Shown: in pieces, positions 49,761-62,443 of the stretch
Numbering within the stretch: the stretch's first letter is position 1
How the letters are laid out: every line of letters begins with the position of its first letter
From: Nitrospirota bacterium
Lineage (GTDB): Bacteria > Nitrospirota > JACRHJ01
Direction: 5' to 3'
Assembly: GCA_963733375.1 (NCBI GenBank)
Contig: CAVTDB010000016.1
Span: 1 to 64,000 of the forward strand
Length of the DNA: 64,000 bases
The notes under the pieces: model-generated
The model's database searches: none
Seen by the model: only the letters and a program-made list of their open reading frames with translations
Told to the model about the DNA's origin: nothing
Position numbers and translations under genes: made by a program

Positions 49761-52273
49761 ATGCTTGAAAATGACTTACATCTGAACGAGCTGAAAGATT
49801 TTTTTTTCGCTATAATGGAGCTCGTAAAGAACACGTTTATAATCAGGCTCGGTGCCTATCCCGGCCTTAAAGAGCTGATCATCGCCATCCCCGCCTGGGC
49901 TTATCTGTTTATCATACTATTCGCCATCTGGCTTATCTACATTACCCTGAAGTTCATAGGTGTCAGGGCCTACGGTTTTGCAATGAACACGCTCCACGGG
50001 TCCTCCCTCGGCACTACCATGGAGAATCGGAAGCTGTTATCGGAGGCCAGGAAACTGGCCAGGAAGAAGCAGCACGGGCGCGCGGCGGATTTATACTTGA
50101 CCCTTCATGAAGACGGCAAGGCCGCGAAGGTGCTGGAGAAAGGCGGGCTTCTCGCGAAGGCGGGGCAGATGTACGAGAAGATGGGCCAGACGGATAAGGC
50201 GATAGCCCTCTACGAGAAGGCCGGAGAGCATTCCTGGCATGCCGACGCCCTGCTGAAGCAGGGGAAATATGCCGAGGCCGCCGAGATACTGCGCAAGGCC
50301 GGTAAACCGATGCTGGCGGCGGAGGCCTATGAGAAGGCGGAGATGCATACGGAGGCGGCGCGGCTTTTTGAAGAGTCCGGCCATACGGTAGCCGCCGCAA
50401 TGCATTTCGAGAAGGCGGGAAATCTGGAAAAGGCCGCCGTCTATTACGACCGCGCGTTCGTCGAGACGACCTCTTCCAAGGAAATGAACATAGCGAATAT
50501 CGAGAAGTACAACGAGTACTCGATAAAGGCCGGCAAATATTACCGCGAGACAGGCGATAATATGAAGGCCCTCGAATGTTACGCCCGCGTAAAGGCGTAC
50601 CCGGAAGCCGCCGAGTGCGCGCTTCAGGCGGGCGACAAGATGAAGGCCGCCGAGCTTTTCGAGTCCGGGAAGCTGTACGAGCAGGCGGCGGAAATATTCG
50701 GGGAGCTTGGAAACGCGCGCCGCGCCGCCGAACTTATGGCCGATAAATATTTCGCTGACGGCAATTACGTGAAGGCCGCGGACATGCTGGCTGAGTCGAG
50801 CGATTTCATAAAGGCGGCGGAACTCTATCACGGCGCCGGAGAGTACGGCAAAGCCGGAGAGTGCTACATGCAAAGCCGCGAGTATTACGACGCGGCGGGG
50901 ATGTTCGAGAAGGCGGGAGACGATTTACGGGCCGCCGTCGCATACGATAAGAACGGGGATTTCAAAATCTCCGCTGAATTGTATCTGAAGCTTGGAAACG
51001 TCGACAAGGCCGCTTCGCTGGTAGAGGCGGCGGGAGAGTATTTCTCCGCGGCGGAGATGTTCAGAAAGGCCGGATCTGCCTGCCAAGGAGTTCTCCGCGC
51101 TCCAGAAGGTGCGCCAGGGCGACCCCGGCTACCTGAACGCCTGCGGCAGGATGGCGGACATATTGCGTGAGCAGGGAAAGCTGGACGTCGCGGCGCAGAA
51201 ATATATAATAGCGATCGGCGATTCCGAGCCGGACGAGGAAAATATCGGTTATTTCTACGGCCTGGGCACCATATACGAATCAGACGGGAAATTTAAAGAA
51301 GCCGTCCAGATGTACAAGAAGATACAGCTGGTGGATATCGCATACAAAGACGTTGAAGAGCGCGTAACCAAGTGCGAAGGTCAAATCTCCGCACCCGGCT
51401 CCAGGGCCGGTATCCGGCGCCGGGAAATTCGGCGGGCCAGCCTGATTCAAGCGCCGCCGCCGTCAGCACGTCCGATCAGTCCAAGAGATATACGATACTT
51501 CAGGAGATAGGCCGGGGCGGGATGGGCGTGGTTTACAAGGCGATGGACAATAACTTAAACCGCATCATCGCCATAAAACTCCTGCCGAAAAGTATCAGCG
51601 ACAACCCTAAAGCGATAATGCGGTTTTCGCAGGAGGCGCGTTCCGCGGCACAGCTAAATAACAGCAACATCGTAACTCTCTACGACTTCCAGCAGGCGGG
51701 CGGCAGGAGCTTCATTACGATGGAGTACGTCGAGGGCGTCACTCTGAGGAAGCTCCAGTCGATGGTGGACCGTGTGGCCATGGCCAAGGCGCTGAAGATT
51801 ATCTACCAGTGCTGCCAGGGGCTCGATTACGCCCACAGAAAAGGTATTATCCACCGGGACATCAAGCCCAGCAACATAATGATAACCAAGCAGAACGTGG
51901 TCAAGATAATGGATTTCGGGCTGGCCAAGAGTCGCCGGAGAAGAGACCTTGACGGACGCCGGGTCCATAAGCGGCACGATAATGTACATGTCGCCCGAAC
52001 AGATACAGGGCGGCAAACTCGGCCGCACGACGGACATATACTCGCTGGGGCTGGTCCTGTACGAGCTGATTGCAGGGAAGCGCCCGTTCCCGGAAGGCGA
52101 CGCGGGGTACCACCACGTCCACACGGCGCCGGCGCCGCCGGCCCGAGCTCAGGCCGGAAATTCCCGCCAGCCTGAACCAGGTAATCATGAAATGCCTTGA
52201 GAAGGACCCGTCCAAAAGGTTCGAAAGCGCGTACGCCCTGGCGATGGCGCTCCGTGAAATACCGCTGAAATAA
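49761..52273 (+). CDS. Membrane-anchored TPR-like repeat Ser/Thr protein kinase (several indels)
   Basis: N-terminal TM, many KAAELYEKAG-type repeats, then IGRGGMGVVYKA, AIK, HRDIKPSN, DFGLAK, GT..YMSPEQ, DIYSLG. Confidence 0.88.
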
Positions 52274-52313
52274 CGGCGGCCCGAGTTCTTTGCTCTGGTT
52301 TCGTGGAAATCTA

Positions 52314-54867
52314 ATGCGACGTCCTCTGGTTATCCCTGCCGTCTCCCTGGCCTGCGGCATTGCCGCGGCTAAGGGATTTCAGTTTTTGCCGTTAACGGTT
52401 TCCGCGCTCTCGGCGGTCTCATTCTTCATCTTTTTTCTCCTGTCCAAACCAGTCCTTCACGAAACGCGGACACGGTTTATCTCCATTTCCGCTTTATGCT
52501 TCCTGGCCGGGTTCGCCGCGTTCTATCTGTATGGGCCGGGCGCTCCTTCCGCCTCCGCCCTGCTTGCCGGGAAGGGGCCGGTCATGCTTACGGCCAGGGT
52601 AACGCACCCGCCGGAGGAGAGCGGCGGCAATACGCGGTTAGTCCTCGAACCTGTCGGCTCCGTCTCTTTCCCGGGAAGAAAAGGTCTGATACTCCTGTCG
52701 GTCAAGGGCGTCGGTCTGGGCATCCGTTATGGAGACGTCATCCGCGGGACTGCCGCGCTTCAGAAGCCGAGGGGTTTTCGCAACTTCGGCGAATTCGACC
52801 GGGCCCGGTATGCGGAAGACGAAGGCGTAGGACGCGCAAGGTTATGTGAAGCCGGACGATATTTCGATAATGGGCCGGGGGGGCGGGATATTTTCGTGGC
52901 TTTACGGCTTCAGGCTCCGGCTCTCCAGGCTGGCCCTATCGAGTCTTCCCGGGGAGCAGGCGGCGCTTTTCAACGCGATGGTGCTGGGCGACCAGAACGC
53001 GGTGACGGATGAGATGCGGGACGCTTTTTCCGCATCCGGGACGACGCACATATTGTCGGTGTCCGGCTCGCATGTCGCGCTGTTCTCGTCCGTCGTTTTC
53101 GGGCTGGTCCTGGCCCTTTCATACATCTTCCCGTACCGCCTGGCCCTCCGGCTGAGCCTGTTCATGGACAGGCGCAAAGCCGCCGCCCTGGCCGCGATAC
53201 CGGCGGCCGCCGCGTATTCACTCCTTGCCGGGGCGCAGGTGGCGACGGTGCGCTCTATCCTTATGATCGCGGTTTTCCTTATCGCCGTAATTATCGACCG
53301 CGAGACGGACAGCCTTCAACGTCCTGGCCGCGGCCGCCATATTCGTCCTGGTCCCGGACCCTTCCGCGCTCTTCGATATCTCCTTCCAGCTCTCTTACGG
53401 CTCGGTCCTTTTTATGGCCCTCGCGGTAATCAAGATGAAGGATTACGCCAAAGGGAAAAAGGCGGCTTCTTCTCAAAAATGAAGAACTGGCTCTTCCTTA
53501 CATGCATTACCTCCCTGGCCGTCCTCGCGGGTACCGCCCCTTTAGTCGCAAAAGATTTCAACTCCTTTTCCTGGGTATCCATCCCGGCAAACATAGCGGT
53601 AATCCCGTTCGCGGGGTTTATACTGGTCCCGGCGGGGCTTTTGTCGGCCCTGATTTATGCCATCCACCCCGCCGCCCTGCCGTTTAAGACCCTCATCTCG
53701 TTTTTATTCGGCGCGTTTTATAAGATCGTGGCGTTTTTCGCCGCCGCGCCGCACGCAAACCTCCGGCCGCCCGCGCCCGCGCTTCCGCTCCTGTTGTTGA
53801 TTTACGCCGTGTTCTTTTTATTTTTCATCCGCAAAAAAACGGCCGGACCAGACGCCGGCATAACGCCCGGCGCATCCGGCAGCTACAAAATTACCGGACG
53901 AAAAAAGGAAGTCGCTATCGCGGCCAGCGCCGCCGCATTCCTGGCCTTTGGCATTATGCCCGTCCATGAAAAAAAGATGGAGGTCGCATTCCTCGACGTG
54001 GGGCATGGCGACGCCTGCCTTCTAAGCCTGCCGGACGGGAAACATATCCTGGTGGACGGCGGCGGCAAGGACTTCGACAGTGCGGGCATAGACCCGGGCC
54101 GTGCCGCGGTGGCGCCGTTCTTATGGAACCGGGGGATAAGGAAGCTGGACGCGGTCCTCCTGACGCATCCGCACCCCGACCATATGAACGGCCTGGTGTA
54201 TATCTTTCAGAATTTCGATGTGGGCGAGCTATGGGAATCCGGCCTCGCATCCCGCTCCGAAGGGTACAGGGAACTTCAGAGACTGGCCATAGAGAAGGGA
54301 GTGCGCCGGAAAATCTTCAGGGGCCGCGGAAGCTTTAACCTGGACGGCGTCCAGTTCCAGGTGCTGAACAATGCCGCGTGTCCGATAGCCGACGAAGGCA
54401 AGCCGGTCTATTGGCTGGAGAACGACCGCTCCGTGGCGCTCCGGGTGAAATACAAAGAGGTCTCATTTTTTCTGGGCGCCGATTTACAGTTGGAGGCGGA
54501 GGAAGCGTTGCTTAACGCCAAGCCGCCGCTGCCGCTCAGATCGACCGTTATGAAGGTCCCGCACCACGGCGGGAGGACGGCGATGTCGCCCGAGTTCGCC
54601 CTCGCGGTAAAGCCTGAATATGCGGTTATATCGGAAGGGAACATAAAGGCATATCCCGCCCCGTCTCCGGAAGCGCTGGCCGACCTTCGGGCGGCGGGGT
54701 CGAAGATATTCATTACCAACAGGGACGGGGCGGCAATTTTCCTGACTGACGGGAAGACCATCGAGTCGGCGTCATATGAAGACCTCTCGCTTAAGCCGGC
54801 GGGCGGCGGCGAAGAAGTGCAAAACCTGCTGCGGCTTAAAAGACTGCTATCTTATAATTTCCTCTAA
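52314..54867 (+). CDS. comEC: DNA internalization protein ComEC/Rec2 (indels)
   Basis: OB-like domain, SGTTHILSVSGSHV, ISFQLS in shifted frame, FLDVGHGD, THPHPDH, NDRSV, KVPHHG. Confidence 0.93.
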
Positions 54868-55485
54868 GTCCTCTACCGTATCGGCAAAAAAATCCGGCCC
54901 CGCTTCGATGAGCGTCTCTTTTTTGCCGTAGCCGTAACCCACCAGAGCGCATCTGACCGGGCGGCGCGCGCGGCGAGCAGGTCGTTTATAGAGTCGCCCA
55001 CCATGACCGCCTCGTCCGGCTGTACGTCCATTTCCTTAAGCGCCAGCAGCAGTATCGCCGGGTCCGGCTTTACCGGTATGCCGGGCTTCCAGCCTTTAAC
55101 GCTCGAAAACAGGCCGGAGAGCCCCAGGCCCTGCAATATCAACTCCGCGTGCGTGAGCGGCTTGTTTGTCGCAACCGCGAGCTTCAGACCGGACATTGAC
55201 TTCAAGAGACTGCGGTATCCCCGCGTAGGGAACGGTGGTGTCCAGGACGTGGTCTTTGTAAATCAGCCAGAACCTCTCCACCCCCTCGTCCACTCTATTC
55301 GCCTGCCCCGGAGGAAGAGAGGCGAGGACGAGCTTGTAGACCCCGCCCCCGATGAAACCGTATATATCTTCTTCTATCCGGGGGGCAAAACCCATATCCT
55401 CAAGCATCCTGTTCACGGAGCTTGCGATGTCGCGCCGGGAATCGATCAGCGTCCCGTCCAGATCGAAAAGTACTGCCTTCGGCAT
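54847..55485 (-). CDS. gph: HAD hydrolase, phosphoglycolate phosphatase-like (indels)
   Basis: FDLDGTLIDS, VATNK, KPDP, MVGDS..D, GYG, PDF. Confidence 0.85.
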
Positions 55486-55533
55486 ATCCCGTTCCTGTCT
55501 TTCAAAATCAGGTAAAAACTGCGCAAAACGCAT

Positions 55534-55562
55534 AAAAAAAGCCCCGGCCCGAAGGCCGGGGC
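55534..55562 (-). terminator. Intrinsic terminator of the S8 peptidase gene
   Basis: Minus strand GCCCCGGCC-TTCG-GGCCGGGGC-T7. Confidence 0.9.
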
Positions 55563-55571
55563 ATTGATCTG

Positions 55572-58315
55572 CTACTGACCAACTACCGTAAGCGTGGCTG
55601 TGGCGGGCGAGGGGGTCGCGGTATATAGAACATTCGGTGTGACCGATTCAAGGTTACCCGGCGTGGGTTCGCCCAGATATGCATTGAGGTAATATTTTGC
55701 ACTCTGGACGTCATCGATCACGAAATTGCCGGTTGTTGGATCGTATGTCGCGCGTCTGATGGTGGGCCCTGACGCCGTGACCGTGTATGCGGTATAATCT
55801 GGAATGGTGGTCCCGGTTTTAGGGACTATTTTTACTACTATCTTACTGGGGCTGAAAGGAGCGTACGAAGTCTGCGCTGTATCAGGCTGGGCCACCTGTG
55901 AGTCCAGAGGCCCGGTAATAACCAGAGCGTATGGCTGGGGGCCCATAGGGACGTTCAAGGCATGGACCTGAACGATAAAATCTCCGCCTCCATAGCTGGT
56001 AAACTCTATGCTCCGGACATTGTCATTGGTGTCGTACACCGAGGTATCTGGCGAATAAATCGGCGCATTAGGGTCAAAATACGGCGGTTTTTCACTGACT
56101 GGTATAGAGTTCGTCTCCGACGAAACATGCGCAAAGTGATCCGGGTTTATTACCGTCAGCTCCAGGTGGTTCACCAACTCGGTCGCAGCCGCCGGAGTCC
56201 CCGGGTAATCCGTCCAGACCAGCGTCACCCGGACAGTCCCAAAGACATTTTTTAAGCTAAAGCAGTAATCCGCTCCGGCATAAGGCCCCCCTGTCTTAAA
56301 GCCGGGGGTTACATCCTTAAAAACGAGAATGCTGTCCGAAGGGTTCGTCAGTGCGGCGCCGTCCGTCTCGCCCGGATATAACGCGTTCATAATGTCCAGC
56401 CTGCCCCAGCCCTGGTGGAAGTCCGGGCGCATCATGGGCAGGAGCGAGGGCTGGAGATCGATAATTCCCCGACCTCGGGGTGCCGATATTAACAGCTCCA
56501 TTTATAAGGGTGGCCTTCACGAGGGCGGCCGAAGGGTTTATCCCGTAGAAATCGTGATAGTATTGTTCCACGAGCCCCGCCGCGCCGCTTGCCAATGGGG
56601 CAGCATAACTAGTGCCCCCATCAATGTCATCGGGATATGTGAAATCACCTATGTAATCAGGCAAATGAGTCAACGTTGAAGATACCATTGTGCCCGGTGC
56701 GACCAGGTCCGGCTTTACCCTGCCGTCGGCGGTCGGCCCCCTGCCGCTGAAAGCCGCGACGTTCGCTGTTCCCCCGGAATAGATTCCCCCGGAATAGTCA
56801 CGACCAAGAATGGGAGACACATTACCGGCAGTGCTGCTGGGGTCATTATGGAAACGTCTATAATCAAGGATAGAGTTATACTTCACCGATGATTGTCCTC
56901 GAACTTTCACTTGCCCCCACGGTCAGGCAATTTTTCGCGGTCGCCGGCGGGGAAATCGAGTCCAGGTCCACAATTCCGTCCGGTTGGGATACATGGATGC
57001 CAGAATATATCCCGTAGCCGGGATAGTTCGCCTTATGATCGCTGGCCCAATTCCCGGCGGAAAATACCGGGAGAAAATCCTTGTTCGCCCATACGAAGGT
57101 ATCCACAGTCCAGGCAGTGAGGTTATATGCGCCTAACTCGCCGCCAGCGCCGTTATCTTCCCAGCTGTCGTTATGTATCCTTACCCCCTTGCTATACGCG
57201 TCCTTGAACACGGTGCTCATAGGCGGCGTAAGCATGTAATCCGCATAGCACTGGCCGCTCTGCACGAACAAAGATGCCTGTGGCGCGACACCGCCAAAGC
57301 TGGACCAGTTCCCAAACGAAGGCGTAGCATAGCCGGTCATTATCCCCGCCACGAAGGTGCCGTGGCCATACTCATCGGACCAGTTGTTGTCGCCCCGGTA
57401 GGCCAAGCCGCCTGTCACTTTATAATGCCCGTTCTTAAGCATTTCAAAAGCGGGCTGATTCATCCCGATGCCTGCCATACCGTTATCGAGGCCGCTGTCC
57501 AGAATGCCCAGCGTCTGGCCATTGCCGTCGAGGGGCCTTCCCTGAATGGACTGCGCGGCAAGCGCCCCGACGATGGGTTTAGTCATATTATTGCAGAAAG
57601 CAACCCCATTGTATTCCTCTACCCACTCCACCTGCGGGATGTTCGCCACCTGCCCCACATTAGACGACGGCAAAACCACCTGGAGGAGTTTTTGGTTAAG
57701 CCCGTTTCCGTTCTGTAGAACTTTTACCTTATAATGTACTTTCTTCCCCCTGATTATTTCCTGCTGCTCGATCGCGCCCAATCTCTTAAGCTTGTTTATC
57801 ACCGGCCTGATGGGTTCCCTGTCGAAAAGTTTCAAGCGCAGGGTTATGGACGGCACGGCCGCGAGCATAGCCTGGGAGCTGGTAACCGTCGATACCTTGG
57901 CATCCAGCGACTTCGGCGTCTTGTATTCCGGCCTGTACGGTCCGATGTACTGGACGTGCGGCCTGAAGAGCATCGAGTTTACCATCTTCGGGTCTATCTT
58001 GACTATGAAGGCGTTTTCCGGGATATAGGAGAAAAATTCCACCCCCGCGTCATGAAGGCCCTGTTTCCACTCCGGCATTACCGGACCGTCGAACTGCAGA
58101 ATGTAAAAATTATTCTGGTCATTCTGGTTATTTTGGGCCCCCAGAGAGGCCGGTGCCGTCAGAACAGAATCGACTCTCGTATCGACGGTGGCCTTGAGCA
58201 GCCTCAACTTGAATTTTTCATCGGCTTTGAGAGGGTTTTCAGAAGCTCCCGCGGAAGGAACGTAACTTAAAATGGCCAGCAACGCAAATAAAACGGCAAA
58301 AAAATTCTTTTGCAT
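55572..58315 (-). CDS. Secreted S8 subtilase, KP-43-like, with propeptide and C-terminal beta domains (two indels)
   Basis: Signal peptide, YIPENAF propeptide, LDSG, GHGTFVAG, FSAGN, PATAKN, FSGRGP..DGRVKPDLVAPG, GTSYAAP, QGWGR, VTLVWTD, GPQPYALV. Confidence 0.92.
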
Positions 58316-58467
58316 CTCGCCTCCTTTAAAACGTACAACTATTATTAAATGAGAATGAATCAAATCTTAGTTTATTTTGAAAACAATTGCAATTAGTTTC
58401 TAAGATATTAAAAAACCTTAACGTTTTTTGTACAAATAGTTTTATAGGCGAAATATTACTCCGTTTT

Positions 58468-58496
58468 TTGACACCTCCACCCGTTTCTGTTATAGT
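58468..58496 (+). promoter_or_regulatory. Near-consensus sigma70 promoter
   Basis: TTGACA-17 nt-TATAGT with extended -10 TG. Confidence 0.7.
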
Positions 58497-58563
58497 TTTC
58501 TAACTGAGTTCTCCTCTTTGAAAGAATATTTCTCACATAAAGAAGCAGGACGGAGCCGTATCA

Positions 58564-59652
58564 ATGAACAGGTCAGAACTGCAAAAGCTTGAAGACAATG
58601 AACTCTCCGCAATTGCGAAAAAGCTCGGAGTAAAGATTAAGAAGGGCGCAAAACGGTCGGAAATAATCAAGCTGTTGCTGCTATCCAGCGCCAAAGAGCC
58701 TGCAAAGAAAAAAGCAGTGGCGGCGCCTGCCGCCCCGTCTCATCCTCAGGAAGAGCCTCACGTATCCCGTGAGGAGCATATCATCCAGAGCGGACAGCAG
58801 GAAGTGGAGGAGAGCAAGTTCTATACCGGAGTGCCGCCTGAAGAGTTCCGCCTGCCTTCCGAACTCCCGTATCATTACGGGGACGACAGCATAACTTTGA
58901 TGGTCCGGGACCCGCACTGGACTTATTCATACTGGGAAGTCTCACATAAGAAACTGGAATCCGAACGCGGGCGCCTGGGCAAGGCCGGAGACGACGCCTA
59001 TCTCGCCCTTCGGGTGTATGACGTGACGGATATAGATTTCGACGGCTCAAACGACCACGGCCATTACGATATCGGCATTTACGAAAGGGTCGGGAACTGG
59101 TATATAAATACCGGGATACCGGGCAGGTCCTTTATCGTGGACCTGGGGCTCAAGACTCAGGACGGAAGGTTCATAACGCTCGCCCGATCAAACTCCGTCA
59201 GGACGCCAAGGGATGAGGTATCCGAGGTAATGGACGAGGAATGGATGGTCCCGGACAAGGATTTCGAGAGGATATTCGCCCTCTCCGGCGGGATGAGCAC
59301 CTTGACCGGCGCCTCGTCCGCCGACGTGCGCATTGCCGGCGGCCAGAGGATACCTTTCGGCATATCGTCGCCTGGCATGGGCTCGCTTGCCCTCATGTCG
59401 CCTGTCAAGAAGAGGCAGAGGGCGTTCTGGTTCGTGCTTAACGCGGAACTGATAGTCTATGGCGCGACCGAACCCGACGCGAAGGTAAGCGTGCAGGGAC
59501 GGCCCGTCACCCTCCGCCCAGACGGCACCTTTACCCTTCGCTTCGCCCTGCCGGACGGCACGCAGGTCATACCCTGCTCCGCTACTTCGGCGGACGAAGT
59601 CGAAACGAGATGGATAATACCTGAAGTTACCAGGTCCACCAAAGCAATCTAA
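58564..59652 (+). CDS. DUF4912 domain protein with Rho-N-like N-terminus
   Basis: ELSAIAKKLGV, LMVRDPHW.YSYWE, LRVYDVT, LARSN, FWFVLNAELIVYGATEPDA. Confidence 0.88.
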   Translation: MNRSELQKLEDNELSAIAKKLGVKIKKGAKRSEIIKLLLLSSAKEPAKKKAVAAPAAPSHPQEEPHVSREEHIIQSGQQEVEESKFYTGVPPEEFRLPSELPYHYGDDSITLMVRDPHWTYSYWEVSHKKLESERGRLGKAGDDAYLALRVYDVTDIDFDGSNDHGHYDIGIYERVGNWYINTGIPGRSFIVDLGLKTQDGRFITLARSNSVRTPRDEVSEVMDEEWMVPDKDFERIFALSGGMSTLTGASSADVRIAGGQRIPFGISSPGMGSLALMSPVKKRQRAFWFVLNAELIVYGATEPDAKVSVQGRPVTLRPDGTFTLRFALPDGTQVIPCSATSADEVETRWIIPEVTRSTKAI

Positions 59653-59655
59653 GAG

Positions 59656-61255
59656 GTGTCGGTTTTGGAAAAAGGCTATCTTTCTATAGTCCTGCACGCC
59701 CATCTTCCGTTCGTCAGGCACCCCGAGTACGAAGAGTTCCTGGAAGAGGATTGGCTCTACGAAGCCATCAGCGAGACCTATATCCCTCTCATAAACGTCT
59801 TCGACTCCCTCGTACAGGACGGCGTGGACTTCCGCATCACGATGAGCCTCACACCGACGCTTATCGCCATGCTGACGGACCCTTTGCTGCAGGAACGCTA
59901 CCTCCGCCACATTGGGAAGCTTATCGAGCTTTCCGAAAAAGAGGTGGAGCGCACCCGCTGGCAGCCGCAGTTCTTTGAGCTGGCCAGGATGTACCGCGAG
60001 CGGTTCAATAACTGCAAGTACGTCTTTGACACGAAGTACGGCAGGAACCTTGTAGCCGCATTTAAAAAATTCCAGGACATGGGCAAGCTGGAGATAATCA
60101 CCTGCGCCGCCACTCACGGTTTCCTGCCGCTGATGGAACTGAACCCGAACGCGGTCCGCGCCCAGATAGAGATAGCGGCGCGGAACTACGAGAAGCACCT
60201 GGGCCGTCCGCCCAGGGGCATCTGGCTCCCGGAGTGCGGCTATTATCCGGGTCTCGAAGAGGTGTTGAAGCAGTACGGGATAAAGTTCTTCTTTACGGAC
60301 AGCCACGGCATGCTTTACGCGAAGCCCAGGCCGAAATACGGCGTTTTCGCGCCCATATACTGTCCCAACGGGGTCGCCGCGTTCGGACGGGACCTTGAGT
60401 CCTCCAAACAGGTCTGGAGCGCGCAGGAAGGCTACCCCGGAGACTATTCCTACAGGGACTTCTACAGGGACGTGGGCTTTGATCTGGACTACGACTATAT
60501 CCGCCCGTACCTGCACAGCGACGGCATCCGCACGAACATCGGCATCAAGTATCATCAGATAACCGGGCCGACGGACAACAAGGAGCCGTACGTCCGGGCG
60601 CGCGCGCTCGGCAAAGCCGCGGACCATGCCAGCAATTTCATGTTCAACCGTGAAAAGCAGGCCGAATACCTGGAGTCCATCATGGACAGGAAACCCATAA
60701 TCGTCTCCCCATACGATGCGGAACTCTTCGGACACTGGTGGTTCGAGGGGCCGGAGTGGCTGGACTTCCTTTTCAGGAAGCTGCACTCACGACCAGGACA
60801 CAATCCGGCCCATCACGCCGATGGAGTACCTGGAGGAGAACCCGAGCAACCAGAAGGCGACTCCGTCTCTTTCGTCCTGGGGATACAAGGGTTATGCCGA
60901 GGTATGGCTGGAAGGGTCGAACGACTGGGTATACCGTCACCTGCACAAGGCCGCGCAGAGGATGGTGGAACTGGCCCGGAATAATAATGCCAGCCGCGAA
61001 TCCGACGGCTTGACGTTGCGCGCGCTGAACCAGGCGGCGCGGGAGCTGCTGCTCGCGCAGAGCTCGGACTGGGCCTTCATAATGAAGACCGGCACGATGG
61101 TCCAGTACGCCGTGAAACGCACGAAGGACCACATAAACAGCTTTAACGCGCTCTACGAGATGATTTCGGAGAAGAAGATAGACACGAAGTTCCTGGAAGA
61201 CCTGGAGAGCAGGGACAATATATTTCCGGAACTGGACTATAAGGTTTACGCGTAG
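59656..61255 (+). CDS. GH57 1,4-alpha-glucan branching enzyme, DUF1957 (indel near 60790)
   Basis: HAHLPFVRH, ETYIPL, ATHGFLP, GIWLPECGY, YDAELFGHWWFEG, ELLLAQSSDWAF. Confidence 0.93.
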
Positions 61256-61303
61256 AGGGCAGGGGTCAGAGGGGCAGGTGTCAGAGGCCTGGGAACAGGA
61301 AAA

Positions 61304-62419
61304 TTATTTGCCTCTGCCGCCCCCCGACGGCTGACCCCTGAAATCAATCAATACGCCGCTATCGTCGCGACCGCCGGAGTAAAGGTTCACGCCCGAAACC
61401 GCCGTCCCCAGGTCTTTCCCCTGGTCGGCCAGCCTCCCCAGGATAACCGAATACTCCGGCTCTTTTGCCTTAAGTATCCTGGGGTAGCCGCCCTTTTCGA
61501 TTAGTACCGGTATCACGCTGACTTCCGCCGGGTCGTTGCTCCCGTCCTTATAGGTTATCTTCGCTATGACGCTCTCGTCGCCGGGCGGGTTTGCAGTCGA
61601 ACTGGAAGTTCCCCAGGCTGTAGAATATCGGCTTGCCTTTGTAGAACTCCACCCCCTGCACCCTGTGCGGATGCGCCCCGATTATGAGGTCGGCGCCGGC
61701 GTCAATCAGATTCCGGGCGATATCCTTCTGCCGCTCGTGTCGGCGAATAAGCGGCCTCCACTCCCCAGTGCAGCATAAGGACCAGCACGTCGTCCGGGTA
61801 GTCCTTTCGCGCCGCCGTGACCTGGGAGAAAAGCTCCCCCTCGTCCTTCATGGAGAATATGCCGGGCTTCACGGGGGTCGCCTCGTAATTAAGCGGCACT
61901 ACGTCCGAGGCGGATATGACGATAAATTTCCTCGTCCCCGACTCTATCACCGCCGGCTTCTCCGCGGCTTCCAGGTTTTCTCCCGCGCCCGCGGTCAGTA
62001 TGCCCGCCGATTTCAGCCGCGTCAGAGTATCTTCGTACTCCTTGCTCCTGGTAGTCCAGCATGTGGTTGTTGGCAAGTGTCAGCGCCGTAAACCCGGCGT
62101 CCTTCAGGCCCAGGGCAACGTCTTCCCGGCACGAGCGGAACACGAATTCCCTCTTCGCCTTCAGGGCGTCCTCCGCCTTCGAGGGCGTCGGCTGGGAACA
62201 TGAAGTGAGCGGGGTTTCGAGGTTGCCGATTAAAACGTCCGCCTTGAAGAGCGTTCGGGCCACGCCTTTGAATAGCGCCGGGACCGGGATTTCCCTCTTC
62301 ACCCACGAAGGGTGCGGGCAGATGTCTCCGACAACCATGAGGACGGTTTCGTTAGCCGACGATATTTCGGGAGTAACGAGGGCGGAGATTAAAAGAGCGG
62401 CGAGAAGAAATTTCTTCAT
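61304..62419 (-). CDS. CapA/PGA_cap family metallophosphoesterase (several indels)
   Basis: Signal peptide, [36 protein letters not shown]. Confidence 0.88.
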
Positions 62420-62443
62420 AACTACCTTCCGTGACTTCTAAAA

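Noticed and set aside
58564-61255. DUF4912-GH57 pair as a novel system
   Set aside because: A gene pairing I recognise as common in other bacteria; nothing unusual visible here
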